DNA of 37,080 bases, from positions 450,528 to 487,607 of the forward strand of contig ML992507.1 of NCBI GenBank assembly GCA_010093995.1, read 5' to 3'. This stretch comes from Elsinoe ampelina. Its lineage: Eukaryota. A model generated the notes under the pieces. That model was not told the origin of the DNA and searched no databases. It worked only from the letters and a program-made list of their open reading frames with translations. Positions 11,767-23,118 of the stretch are shown piece after piece (the first letter of the stretch is position 1; each line of letters begins with the position of its first letter). Both the position numbers and the translations under genes were made by a program.

Positions 11767-14700
11767 CTAAAGGACAAGTCTTATTCTCTAGTAGAATAAG
11801 AGCAATTCGAGATAGATTTAGAGATATACGGTTATTAAATAGCGTTGTTAGCTACTACATCCCCGCTATTATAACTCCTATTACTATTTACGACCTCTAT
11901 AACCGCTCTTATACTATTACACTTTAAGCCTTTATCGACACTAGTGCGCTTATTAGCGCCGTAGTTAATTATAACGTTCTTAATAAGCTAAAGAGCTTTG
12001 GCTACCCTATAGCACTAGCTAGCTCTATTTAGCTTTAGGCTTATAATAGTGTTCTAATAGAGTAGGTCACATATAGCGTCTCTCTTACTACTACTGTTTC
12101 TAGTAAGCTAAATAACCTTACTATCTTCTATATTATAGATATTAGCTAATTTAATATTATTCTTAGCCTTAGATAGCTTAAAGCTAATAGAGCTACTATC
12201 GACTATAAGCATAGCCGAGTTATATATAAAGAAGAGTTTTTACTAATAGTCGTTAAGTAGGAGCTACTATAGCTAATTAAAAGGCTAGAATCTAGATCTA
12301 AGCTCGGCTTAGATCTAGGTTCTAGCTCGGCCGCCGAGATAGAATAAACTAGACTATACTAACTACTAGCTCTTAGGTTAAACTTTAAGCTAAATTAGAG
12401 AGAGTTTAAGCTAATCTCTTATAGCACTTAGCTAATGTATAAGTTCTTCTATATACCTACCTACGTAAGTAACACTAAGCGTAAAGAGCTAACTATTGCA
12501 TTTATTAGCGCTACTACCTTTATGTTAGTAGCTAAATACTAAGAGAATAAGGTGTTTATAATCTTAGTAAAGAATATTAAAGATTACTACTAAATAGCCT
12601 CCGAACTAGAACTAGACCCTATAGTAGTTCTACTAGAGGAGCTATAAGAGTTTACTAATATCTTCTTATTATAAACCGTCTAAACATAGTCTACGCTAGT
12701 AGTCTAAGCTAAGCTAAGAACAAGGTAGTTCTACTTCTATAGTAGTATAGTACTAAGGTAAGAGTTAAAGAAGGTATATCTTATAGATAATAAAGTACAA
12801 TTAGATAGTATTATAAAGGCTAGCCTTAGTAATACTAGTGTTTACTATCTAGACGAGGTTAACTATAGTACTTATATAAGGTAAGGACTATTCCTATATA
12901 TATATATTCTTTACTATGTACTTTATATACTCTATATACTTCGTAGCGAGAGTTAGAAGTAATATAGAGTACTTGTCCGCTAGTAACCTACGCGCCCTAT
13001 AGTTTCTAGAGTAGAGCTACTAGAGAAGATAAAGAAATAGGTAAATGTCGAGCTAGGTTACGTAATAACCTTAGTAGTTTAATTAGTCCTAACGTCCCTA
13101 TACTCTAGCTATTCTACTAGTTCGTAACATTACTCTCCTTCTTTAATTAAGTTATTCTAATAAGTAAGTATTTTTTCTTATTCTTATACGCTATATACTA
13201 AATATGTCTCCTAGTTGTCGAAGACATAGTAAATCTAGCATATCTACACGAAAGAACCTCTTAGAGTTTATTAAGTTATTCGGAACTAGGTAACTAAGTA
13301 AGATATCTACCTCTTACCTCTTATCGAAGAAACACTTATACGCGTAAGTAAGGCTAAGTAGTTTAGTAAGATTAACATCTACTAGGCCTTCTACTATCTC
13401 TATAACTCTATTAATAGTAAAGACCTTACTATATTCTCTATACGTATAGGCAATTTTAAGTAGTTAGTAATGCTATTTAGCCTTACTAACGCCTCTACTA
13501 TATAGTAGAGATTTATAAATTATAACTTTGTTAATATACTAGAACGCTTCGTGTTAATCTATCTTAATAATATTCTTATCTACACTAATAGTACTTATAG
13601 AGAGCACGCTAAGCATATTAAGCTAGTACTTTAATATCTCTACGATTTAGGCCTAAACGCTAACATTAAGAAGAGTAAGTTCTACCTAATAGAAGTAAAG
13701 TATCTTAGTATTATTATTAGCTAAGATAGAGTTAAGATAGACTCTAAGAAGGTAAAAGCTATACGAGCGTAGAAACAGCTAGCCTCTAGTAATACTACTT
13801 AGGTAAGGAGCTTTATTAGTTTCTATAGCTACTACTACTACTTTATTAAGGGATTTAGCACTATTGCTAAGCTATTAAATAACCTACTTAAGAAGGACGC
13901 TACGCTATAGAACGATAAATATACTACTACCTTTAACTATATAAAGTACACTATTATAAGTATACCTATTCTTACGTATTTCGATTGCTTAAAGTAAATA
14001 GTTCTTAAGACTAACGCTTCTAACACTACTACTATAGGAATTCTATTATAATATAACAAGTCTAACGTTCTCTAGCCTATTACCTTTTTTAGTAAGTCTA
14101 TAAACAAAGCCGAGCGTAACTATACTATCTATAATAAGGAGCTACTAGCTATCGTCTAAGCCTTTAAGGAGTAGGCCCCTAAGCTTATAAGTACTTAATC
14201 TAATAAGGCTATCTACGTCCTTACCGACTACTAATCCTTAATATACTTTATAAAGACTTAGAAGCTATTACGCTACTAAGTATACTAGGCCCTTTACCTT
14301 GTATAGTTTAACTTTAAGATTATATATAGGCCTAGCGCTACTAATAGCAAGGCCGACGCACTTACGAGGAGGAATAGAGATATACTATACTCGAAGAAAG
14401 ACTCTAATCTACGCTAGACACTATTACTATATAAAGTGCTAGATTAGTGCATTATTAACGAACTAAATCTAGGTCGTATCCGAACTGGATTACTAATCTA
14501 AGCTAAACTAAGATCTAGTTTAGTATCTAGTTCGCAAACTAGTTCGCTGCCTAGTTCGTTACCTATTTTACCTTCTATTTTACTACCTATTTCGACGCCT
14601 ATTTCGGCTCGCGAGCTAGGCACTTATATAGCACCTATTTCGACCTTAGGAGAGTAAACTTCGCTATTGTTTAACGAAGTAGCTAAAGTTAACTTACGAG

Positions 14701-16170
14701 ACTCTAATTTTAAAACAGTTTATAGCATTTACTATATAATAGAGGCCTTTCTAAAGAGGAAATAGCTACTATCGACCGATGTTATAATTAAGAAGGGGAT
14801 ACTATAGGCCGATAGCCGATTAATCGTGCCTTTCTCTATAGCTATAAAAGTTATCTAAGGGGTCTATATATTAAAAGACTACGTATATAGGAGAGCTACT
14901 AAGATATCTACTATAATTAAAACTACCTTCTATATTCCTAGATACAATAGTAACGTAAAGAGGTTTATCGCTAACTACTATAACTATAAACAGTTAAAGG
15001 CTTACTATAGCCTACTAGCTAGTCTCCTCTCTCTATTACCTATTCCGGTAAGACTATAGTAATATATTACTATAGACTTCGTTACTAGTCTACCCTTAGT
15101 AGATAGCTACAACGTAGTACTATATATTATTAATTACTTGTCTAAGGAGTAACACTTAATCTCTTATTTCTAGGGAGAAGGAGGCACTTTAGCGTTCGAG
15201 ACTACTAAGCTATTATTCTTCTATATATAGAAACTATATAGTCTACTAGATAGTATTACCTCGAATTATAGCTCTTAGTTCGTTAGCGACGTATAGAAGA
15301 GGCTCTACTAAATCCTAAAGATTACTACTAAACTATCTACTATAGGGCATCTATAAATAGACGGCTAATTAGAGGTTATAAATTGTAAGTTTAAGTAAGT
15401 TATTCGTTTATACACTACACGCTTTAGTAATTAGACACTTATTCTACTAGTTGTAGAATTCTCCGCTAATATTAACCTATTAGAGAGTACTAAGCTATTG
15501 CTATTCGAGGTTACTAGAGAATATAAGCTAAGGCTAAGCTTCTAGCCCCCTTCTAACGTACTGTTAATAAGAGCTAAGCTAAATAAGGTCGACATCTACG
15601 TACTTGCTAAGCAACTAAAAGAGGCACTAGCTATTACTAAGGCTAACCTCGCTATTGCCTAGTTACGGATAGTAGAATAAGCTAATAAGTACCGCTAGCT
15701 AATAGAGTTCGAGGTAGGCGATTTAGTTTAGCTATTAACGAAGAACTTCCAGCTATAGAGTAATCTAAAGCTGCTACTAAAACATGTCGGTCTCTATAAG
15801 ATCCTTAAGAAACAATTACTATTAGTATATAAGCTTAATCTACTAGCTACGCTACGAAGGATATACCTAGTGTTCTACGCTAACCTTCTTACTAAATATC
15901 TAAATAACTCTCTACTAGGCTAAGCCTTTAAAGAGCTACTACTAATAGAAGTTAATAGCGAAGAGAAGTACGAAGTAGACGATGTTATTAATATATATAT
16001 ACTACGCGGAAAGCTAGTTACTTACGTAAGCTAGAAGAGCTATCTAAAGGATCTTACTTAGTGGCTAATTAATAATCTTAAAGGAGCTACTAACGTGCTA
16101 CGCAACTATCTAGATTCTTATATAGATAAGCCTCGTCCGAGCTAGATTAATAAGGGACGAACTATATAAT
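11757..16170 (+). pseudogene. pol: A2 pol (PR-RT-RH-IN-chromodomain), RIP-inactivated, split by B2 and missing ~264 bp
   Basis: FIDTGA near 11930, YL(DD)IL near 13560, integrase MDFVTGLP near 15071, chromodomain YEVDDV...WKGYP near 15965-16110. Confidence 0.9.
12667..13288 (-). mobile_element. Family B fragment B2: complete 3' LTR (12667-13129) plus ~160 bp of internal sequence, reverse orientation
   Basis: Reverse complement of B1 ~28547-29168. No second LTR or TSD. A2 resumes at 13289 at a point 264 bp further along the A consensus. Confidence 0.93.
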
Positions 16171-16207
16171 AGCATTTAAGAGTAAATACGTTTAAGAGAG
16201 AGAGTAG

Positions 16208-16410
16208 TAATATAAGATAGATACGAACTAGATTTAGTTAGGATATAGTTCGGATTAGTTATGTAATCTCGGCATTATAGCCTAGGCTTCCGGCCGCTCT
16301 ACCCTCGATATTATATATGCTTTATATACTAGCTTTTCTTCTTCTTCTTCTAAGTCTTAATATCTTAATAAATAGACGTAATTAACTCCTTGTCTTGCTA
16401 GTCGTAATTA
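16208..16410 (+). repeat. A2 3' LTR (203 bp)
   Basis: Preceded by purine tract aagagagagag and followed by TSD TAGAA. Confidence 0.95.
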
Positions 16411-16559
16411 TAGAACATAATAGAGTATAGAGTTTAGGTTAATACCTGCAATAGTAGCGTAAGTATAGTGCTTTATTAAAATATATTTCCCTAGATAAGG
16501 AGTCTACTCTTTACTCTATTTATATGTTTATATAATCTATCTACTTATATACTTTATAA

Positions 16560-19500
16560 TCTACACCTTCGGCGACCTTTCTTAGCTACTCTTAGCTATA
16601 ACTTATATATAGTAATTAGCTCTCTCGTATTTACGTAATTCTCTTTAGGTTCCTAGCTATTAAACTTAATAGGCTAGTTCTTTTACTTTACTAAGTAGAA
16701 TACCTTACCCTTCGTAGTTCTCCTACCTAGGATCTTCTCTACTGTCTACTTATCTACTTCGTTAGCGAGAGGTATACTCTCTTCTAGCTCCTTACTAGCT
16801 CTACCTATCTATAGTTTAAAAAGAGATATATAAAAGACATTATAGATATAATACTAACTCGGCAAAGCTAGGCAATATACCTGCGATCTAATTATGTTAA
16901 GTATATAGAATAGGCTAAGGAATTATAGTTCTATTTTCTTCTTTAGTATAGGCAGCTATAAGTTCTTAGCTAAGAGTAGCACTAAGTTACCTACGCTATA
17001 TACCCTTAGCATATGCTTCCTATTATAGTACTTAGCCTAGTAGGTAGAAGCCTCTTTCTATTGCTCTACTAGCTTCGTATATGTATCTTATAAGTGTTAC
17101 ACTAACTCTACTACTACTAGTACTTTTCTCTTTAAAGTCTTGTCCTAAGACTTAATAGCTATTACCTCTAACTCTAGGTAGTAGCTATATATTATTTAGA
17201 AGGGGCTTATACGTAGCGTAGTATAAACGCTATTATTACTTATAAATTCTACTTGTAATAGACGTTTAGCCTAGTCGTTCTATAGCTCTATATAGTAGCA
17301 CCTTAGGTACTATTCTAACGTCTAGTTTTGCTACTTAGTTTAGCTATCTATCTACGGGTAAAAGGCTATACTAAGCCTACGCTTTACACGTGTTTCGTAA
17401 TAGAATTTACTCTAGAACTAGCTAGTAAAGACCGATTCTTAATTGCTTACTATTCCTCTTAGGACACTATAATAGCGAATAATATAGTTACGTAGAATCT
17501 CTACTAGCTCTATAGATATATACTTCTTAGTAGTAGGGACATATAGTAATATCTTAGTATAATAGTCTATAATTACTAGTACCGTATTATAGACGCTACT
17601 ACCTTACTTACTTAGTAGTAGGTTAGTAATAAAATCTATTATAATTTCTTACTATAGGCGGTCTAGCATTAGTAGCGCACGTAGCTCGCTATAGAGGCGA
17701 TAGCGGCGCGCCTTATATTTCTAGCATACTTAGTATAACTATATATAGTTATTAATATCTTTCCTTATAGTTGCCTAGAAGTACTTCCGCAAGAGGAGTT
17801 TAAGCGTCTTATTCTTACTAAAGTAACTAGCCTATTTACTATTATAGTATATATATAGCACCTATACCTTAAGTACGCTATTATTTAGAATAACTAGTAA
17901 CTCTTTATAGAAGAGAAGATTATCTTATATATTCTATAGCGCTCTATTCTTGTCTCTACTACTTCTCGCTTATAAACGTAGCTTTATAATCTCGAGGTCT
18001 TATCCCTATAGTAGCTCTACTACTAATATTAGGTTAGTAGATAGATCTTTAAAGGGATCCTCCCTTATAGTTACTATAACTACAACTCGCTAGGTTATTA
18101 TAAGCCCCTAGAAGTTCTTAGAAGAGAAGTCGCTACTATATAGCGTATAGGCGGCCTAGGCCTGTCCTAGAGTAGCCTCGTATATAACGTAGATATGTCT
18201 AATAAGCGAAGTAGCTTCCTTAACGTCGGTAGTCTAGTTCTATATATAAAGCTTATTCTAAAGAGTAGAAAGGAGGTATAATATCTCTTACTCTTCTGCT
18301 ACGTAGTTAGGGCGCCTCGAGGGTATATTAGCTAGATTCCTTATACCTAGCTAATACTCTATTATAAAGTTAAAAGTAGTAAGGAAGGTAGCTTAGTAAG
18401 CTTATTAGTCATTTAGCTATTTTAGCTTTATAAATCCTTAGAGATTATTATAGTTAGTAAGTACTTAAATTATATATAAGACACCTTCGAGGTAGTATTA
18501 CTATTACTTAAATATATATACGATTACTAATAGCTCTTAGTTGTACGTCTTATAATTATACTTAGCTAGGATAAACTTCCTTAACTAAAAGGCAATTAGG
18601 TGCTAAGTACTATCGAATAGTTAAGATAGAATTACTACTACTATAAACTTTAATATATCGCTTTTAATACGTAGGAGTAGTATAGGATTATAGTAACGAA
18701 GAATAGAGGCACGCGTAAAGGCGTCTCTAATGTCCTTAAACGCCTACTATTCGCTTATACTTTATATAAAAGAGCTATACTTACGACCTTTAACCGAGCC
18801 TTTAAGAAGGCTAGAGAGAGAGGTAATAATCTTAGAGTAGTACTATATAAAGCAATAATAGAAGTTTATAAAGCTAGTAAACTACTAGACCTTATAATAA
18901 CTCTTTAGCCTCGGCTAATTCTTAATTATAGTTACTCTACTAGGATCTATCGAGACGCCTATAGTAGAGATAATATAGCTAAGAAATTCTACCTCCTTAG
19001 TAAAGAATTTACATTTCTTAAGGTTAGTATATAAAGTAAACTTCTATAGCCTTACTAGAATCTTATATATATAATATATATAGTTCTCTCTTAAATTGCT
19101 ATAGATAAGAATATTATCGAGGTAAATAATATAGATAGTATTAACTAGCCTACCTAGCGCCTTATTAATATATACTTAGAAGGTAGCTAGGGTATTAGTT
19201 AATCTAAAAGGCATAACTAAGTACTTAAAATAGCTATAGCACGTGCGGAATGTAGTCTTCTACTTGTTACTACGCTTAATAGAGATTCTATAGTAGGTAT
19301 CCTTTAGATCTAACTTCGAAAACTACTAGGCTTACCTAAGCTAATTAAGCGTCTCGCTAATAAGTAGAAGCGAGTAGCAATTCTTAATAGTTACCTTGTT
19401 TAAGTCCTAATAATCCATATATAAGTATAGACTACTATTCTTCTTAGGCACGAATAAGATAGAAGTATCTACCTCGCTTATAGAGTGCCTAATCTACTTG

Positions 19501-20110
19501 TTTAATTAAGTAGTCTCGAGATAGTCCTTAAGCACTATAAGCTCCTTAACTAAGAGGTTATATAAGGGCTAGAACGGAGGCCTCTTACCTAGCTCTAGCT
19601 TAATCGTATACTCTACGCCTAGTAGGCGTAGTAGGTTAGTAATGTCCTTATATATAAAGATGTTAAAGAACTCTACGAACTTTAGCGAAAGAGCTAGGTT
19701 ACCTACGGCGTAAGTACTCTCCTTAGATAGAGTCTATACTATAGTATACACTCTCGGCTTGTTCTTAAGGTCCTTTATAAAGTCTTCTAGTTCGTATAAG
19801 TAAACCGTGCGTAAGAAGTAGCTATATAACTAGTTATCTATAGCGCTATTTATAATTATATATTGTCTTCTTTACTATAGGTGCCCTAAGATAACTAGAG
19901 GGCCTAGTCCTAAGTCTATAGCGTAGAAGAGGCTAATTGTCTCCCTAAGGTTACTATAGGAGTCTACTAGACATATACGAAGCTAGTACGCACTATAGTA
20001 GAATCTAGCTTGCCTTATAAAGAAAGATATACTTAAATACTAAGCGTGCTTAACCCTTAGTAAATTGTAACGAAGGGTAAATACCTAAGACATAAGATTA
20101 GTCGAAGCCT
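16560..20110 (-). pseudogene. pol: C1 pol (partial protease, RT, RNase H, integrase, chromodomain), RIP-inactivated
   Basis: On the minus strand: VILGHPW near 19880, IIYLD(D)ILIYS near 19100-19130, RNase H YDQELLAI near 18530, chromodomain WTVEKILGRR...YLVKW..W...NSWEPEEN at ~16620-16760. Confidence 0.9.
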
Positions 20111-20337
20111 CCTTAGTAGTATTCTATATTACGTATATAGTGTATTTACTTAATCTCTTTCTTAAGGCTCTAAGCCTTAAGCTCTAGCTCTAAACACTTA
20201 CGCTCGGCGTATAGGTATAGTAGCTGCTCTATAAGAGTTTCTTCTTCCTCTAGAGAAGTCTACTTAATAGAGTCTATCTCTATAACATCGTTTATGCGAG
20301 GTATAGGCGCCTTACTAATAGAGTTCTAGTTGTCTAT
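20105..20337 (-). pseudogene. gag: C1 gag N-terminal remnant (coiled-coil-like), fused directly to protease sequence
   Basis: About 75 codons (EEEETLMEQLLRLRAERKCLELELKAQSLKKEI de-RIPed) follow the 5' LTR, then the sequence switches abruptly to protease. No capsid or knuckle motif is visible. Confidence 0.6.
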
Positions 20338-20377
20338 AGAGTCTAATAGATTATAACTATAGAGAAGTAATTAGAAC

Positions 20378-20564
20378 TATTAAAGCCTTATATTAAAGCT
20401 ACGTATATCGTAATATAGAGAACGCCTATCTAACCGAATAGTCCGTTAGTAGTAGAACTAATTACTATTAAGCCCCGGGCGTAAGTGCTATATAGAATAT
20501 TTAAGTACGTTACGTAAGTAGGACTAGCCGCTACTAAGTGCCGCTCTAATACTAAGCCCTTACA
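20378..20564 (-). repeat. C1 5' LTR (187 bp)
   Basis: Direct repeat of 8417-8603 and followed by TSD CTATA. Confidence 0.95.
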
Positions 20565-21200
20565 CTATAGAAAGAACTCTAAAACGATATTAAGACATAC
20601 GTTACTATATACGATATATACTATAAGTTTAAGTACTTACGATATAAGCTATATAGCTTACTATAACTCTTACTACTACTAGACAAACTATAGTAATTAG
20701 TTACGATAGACTTTATAGGACCTCTACTACTATTAGAAGAGCCCCTTACAAGTGTAAAGTACAATAGTATTCTAGTCCTAGTAGATAGGTTTACGAAGTA
20801 TTACTACTTTATACTATATAAGACAATAGTAACTACTAAGGATATAGCCTTTACCTTCCTTCGAATAATTGTTTTACAATATAGAGTACTATAAGACCTA
20901 ATAACTAATAGGAATAAGCTATTTATATTATAATTCTAGTAATTATTTATAGACCTACTAGGAGTTAAATATAAGCTATTAATCTTCTTTTACCTATAAA
21001 TAGATAGATAAACTAAATAGGCAAATTAAGTACTAGAGTAGTACCTACGCTACTACCTAAACTATAAGTAAGACTTATAGGTAATACTATTACTACTTAT
21101 AGAGCTCGCTATTAACAATAGAAAGTTAGTAAATAGAGTTTTACTATTCTATATAAACTATAGAATATACTTGGATCTATACTATAATATACTTAGAATT
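20565..21200 (+). pseudogene. pol: B1 pol part 2 (integrase HHCC end and catalytic core)
   Basis: Continues the frame broken at 8416 (NYPW-KELRNDV...CDIC de-RIPed). VTMDF near 20700, LVLVDRFTKY near 20772, QTDGQTER near 20997. Confidence 0.9.
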
Positions 21201-21403
21201 TAATACGAGATAGATATAAACTAGATTCAGTTAGGATCTAGTTTAGATTAGTTACGTGATCTTAGTATCGTAGCCTAGGCTTCTAGCTGCTTTGCTCTCG
21301 ATATTACATGTGCTTTATATACTAGCTTTTCTTCTTCTTCTTCTAAGTCTTAATATTTTAATAAATAGACGTAATTAACCTCTTATCTTACTAGTTATAA
21401 TTA
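21201..21403 (+). repeat. A3 5' LTR (203 bp)
   Basis: Family A LTR match. Confidence 0.95.
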
Positions 21404-21740
21404 CTATATTAAGATTTTAAAACAACTATAACTAAGCAATAGAGCTATTAAACTATCTAGTTATTCTACTACTTACGTAACTACTAATAACTACTACTTA
21501 TAAAGAATTAAAGAATCGAAGAAGAAGCTATTATAACTATAGTTCCTATATACACTATAATAGATCCTCGCTGCCGCTATATAGGTTAATACTATAAACT
21601 CTAAAGATACAAGAAGAAGGTAATAAGTTAAGTTATAGACAACTCTTAAAGAAAGTAGACTACTAGCTAAAAATTTTAATATTTCCTTTATTACGCATTA
21701 ACGTTTTATACTGTTTTATTTACGACTAACTACGCTAAGT

Positions 21741-23118
21741 ATAGCTTAATCTAACTATAGCAACAAAGAGCGCTACTAAAGTAAGCTACTTTAACTTATC
21801 CCTAATAATAATAATATCTCTATTTACTCTCTCTACTATAATCTTTTTACTCTCTCTAACGCTATACTCCTTAAGAAGCTATAGGAAGAGTATAGTATAT
21901 AGGCACTAAGAGACGTATTTAACTATATTAAGTCCTTCTATAATAAGTAGACTACGTAGGTAAAAGGCACTTATACTAACGCTCTCTACTATTACTACGA
22001 GTTAGATACTACTTAGGCCTAGCTTAGTAACCTCTAATCTAAACTAGATATATCTTAGTTCTATGCCGACAGCGTTACTGCCTAAGCTACTTACTACCTA
22101 GACAAAATCTAAGAGCTTAAGGCTAAAGTAAACTAACTAAGAAACGAGATAGAGCGTAGTATACTAGCTCTTTCTATACGTAGCTCTATCTTATTAGAAA
22201 AGATACTAGACTCTACTATCTTTAGTATAGGTACACCGGAGTAGTTTAAGGTCTATAAGCACTAGATAAGGAATAAGATATATACTAACGTAGATCGATC
22301 GTTTCTCTACGAGGGACACCTAGTTTACCTATTTATACTTATACCTCTCTAGAGAAGCCTATACCCTTGTTATAGACTTAGCTAGTAATAATGTTATTAG
22401 CGTCGAAGAGGTCCTTACTCTCTTAGCCTAGCGCTTCGAGGATCCTAACTATAGAGCTACTATACGTACTTAGTTTACTAACCTTTTCTAGCGTAATAGT
22501 ACGTTTAACTCCTTTATTAGTAAGTTTAATAAGTACGCTCTTTGCGCTAAGATTGCTAAAGAGAAGTAGCTATACTAGATCTATTAGAAGATATCTAATA
22601 AGCTATATAATACTCTAGTTAACTACGACACTAATAACCTTACTACCTTTATTACTAAGGCCTACGCTACTAACTATAATATCTAATAGAACAACCTTAT
22701 TACTAAGCGCACTTAGGCTTTACGTTCTATGCTAGCTATAAGCTACGCTACTACTATATCTACTTACGTACCTTATTTTACCTCTATGCCTATAGCTCTA
22801 CCTACCTTCTACTCTATTGCTAGAGGTACTCCGTAGCCTTTTCGTCTAGCTCTAGTACTTACCTATTATACATGCGGCAAGCCTAGACATATCTCTACTA
22901 AGTATATAGCTAGCACCTTAGAGAAGGCTACTTATACCGCTATATACCCTATATATATTAGCGCCGTAGAGGAGATATAGTAGCTTTAGAATCGCTTAGC
23001 CGAATTAAGTAACTAGGTCGACACTAGTTCGGCCTACAAACTAGATCTAGTTTAGCCTTAGTTCAACCCCGAAATAGACTATAAGTTTACTAGCTACTCT
23101 AGCTAGAGAAATAAGTAG
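21741..23118 (+). pseudogene. gag: A3 gag, RIP-inactivated, with a 4-bp frameshift
   Basis: Homologous to A1/A2 gag. Knuckle near 22864-22905 retains tgc ggc aag cct. GATC duplication at 22293-22300. Confidence 0.85.

Larger units (their letters stand above)
9874..16410 (+). mobile_element. Family A copy A2, inserted in the 3' region of C1 and interrupted by B2
   Basis: 203-bp LTRs at 9874-10076 and 16208-16410. Perfect TSD TAGAA at 9869-9873 and 16411-16415. Confidence 0.96.
8417..20564 (-). mobile_element. Ty3/Gypsy chromovirus LTR retrotransposon, family C copy C1 (reverse orientation; ~5.6 kb without A2; most of gag missing)
   Basis: 187-bp LTRs at 8417-8603 and 20378-20564. TSD CTATA at 8412-8416 and 20565-20569. 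Minus-strand PPT (agaggagaagg) at ~8608-8618. Pol motifs lie on the minus strand. Confidence 0.95.
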
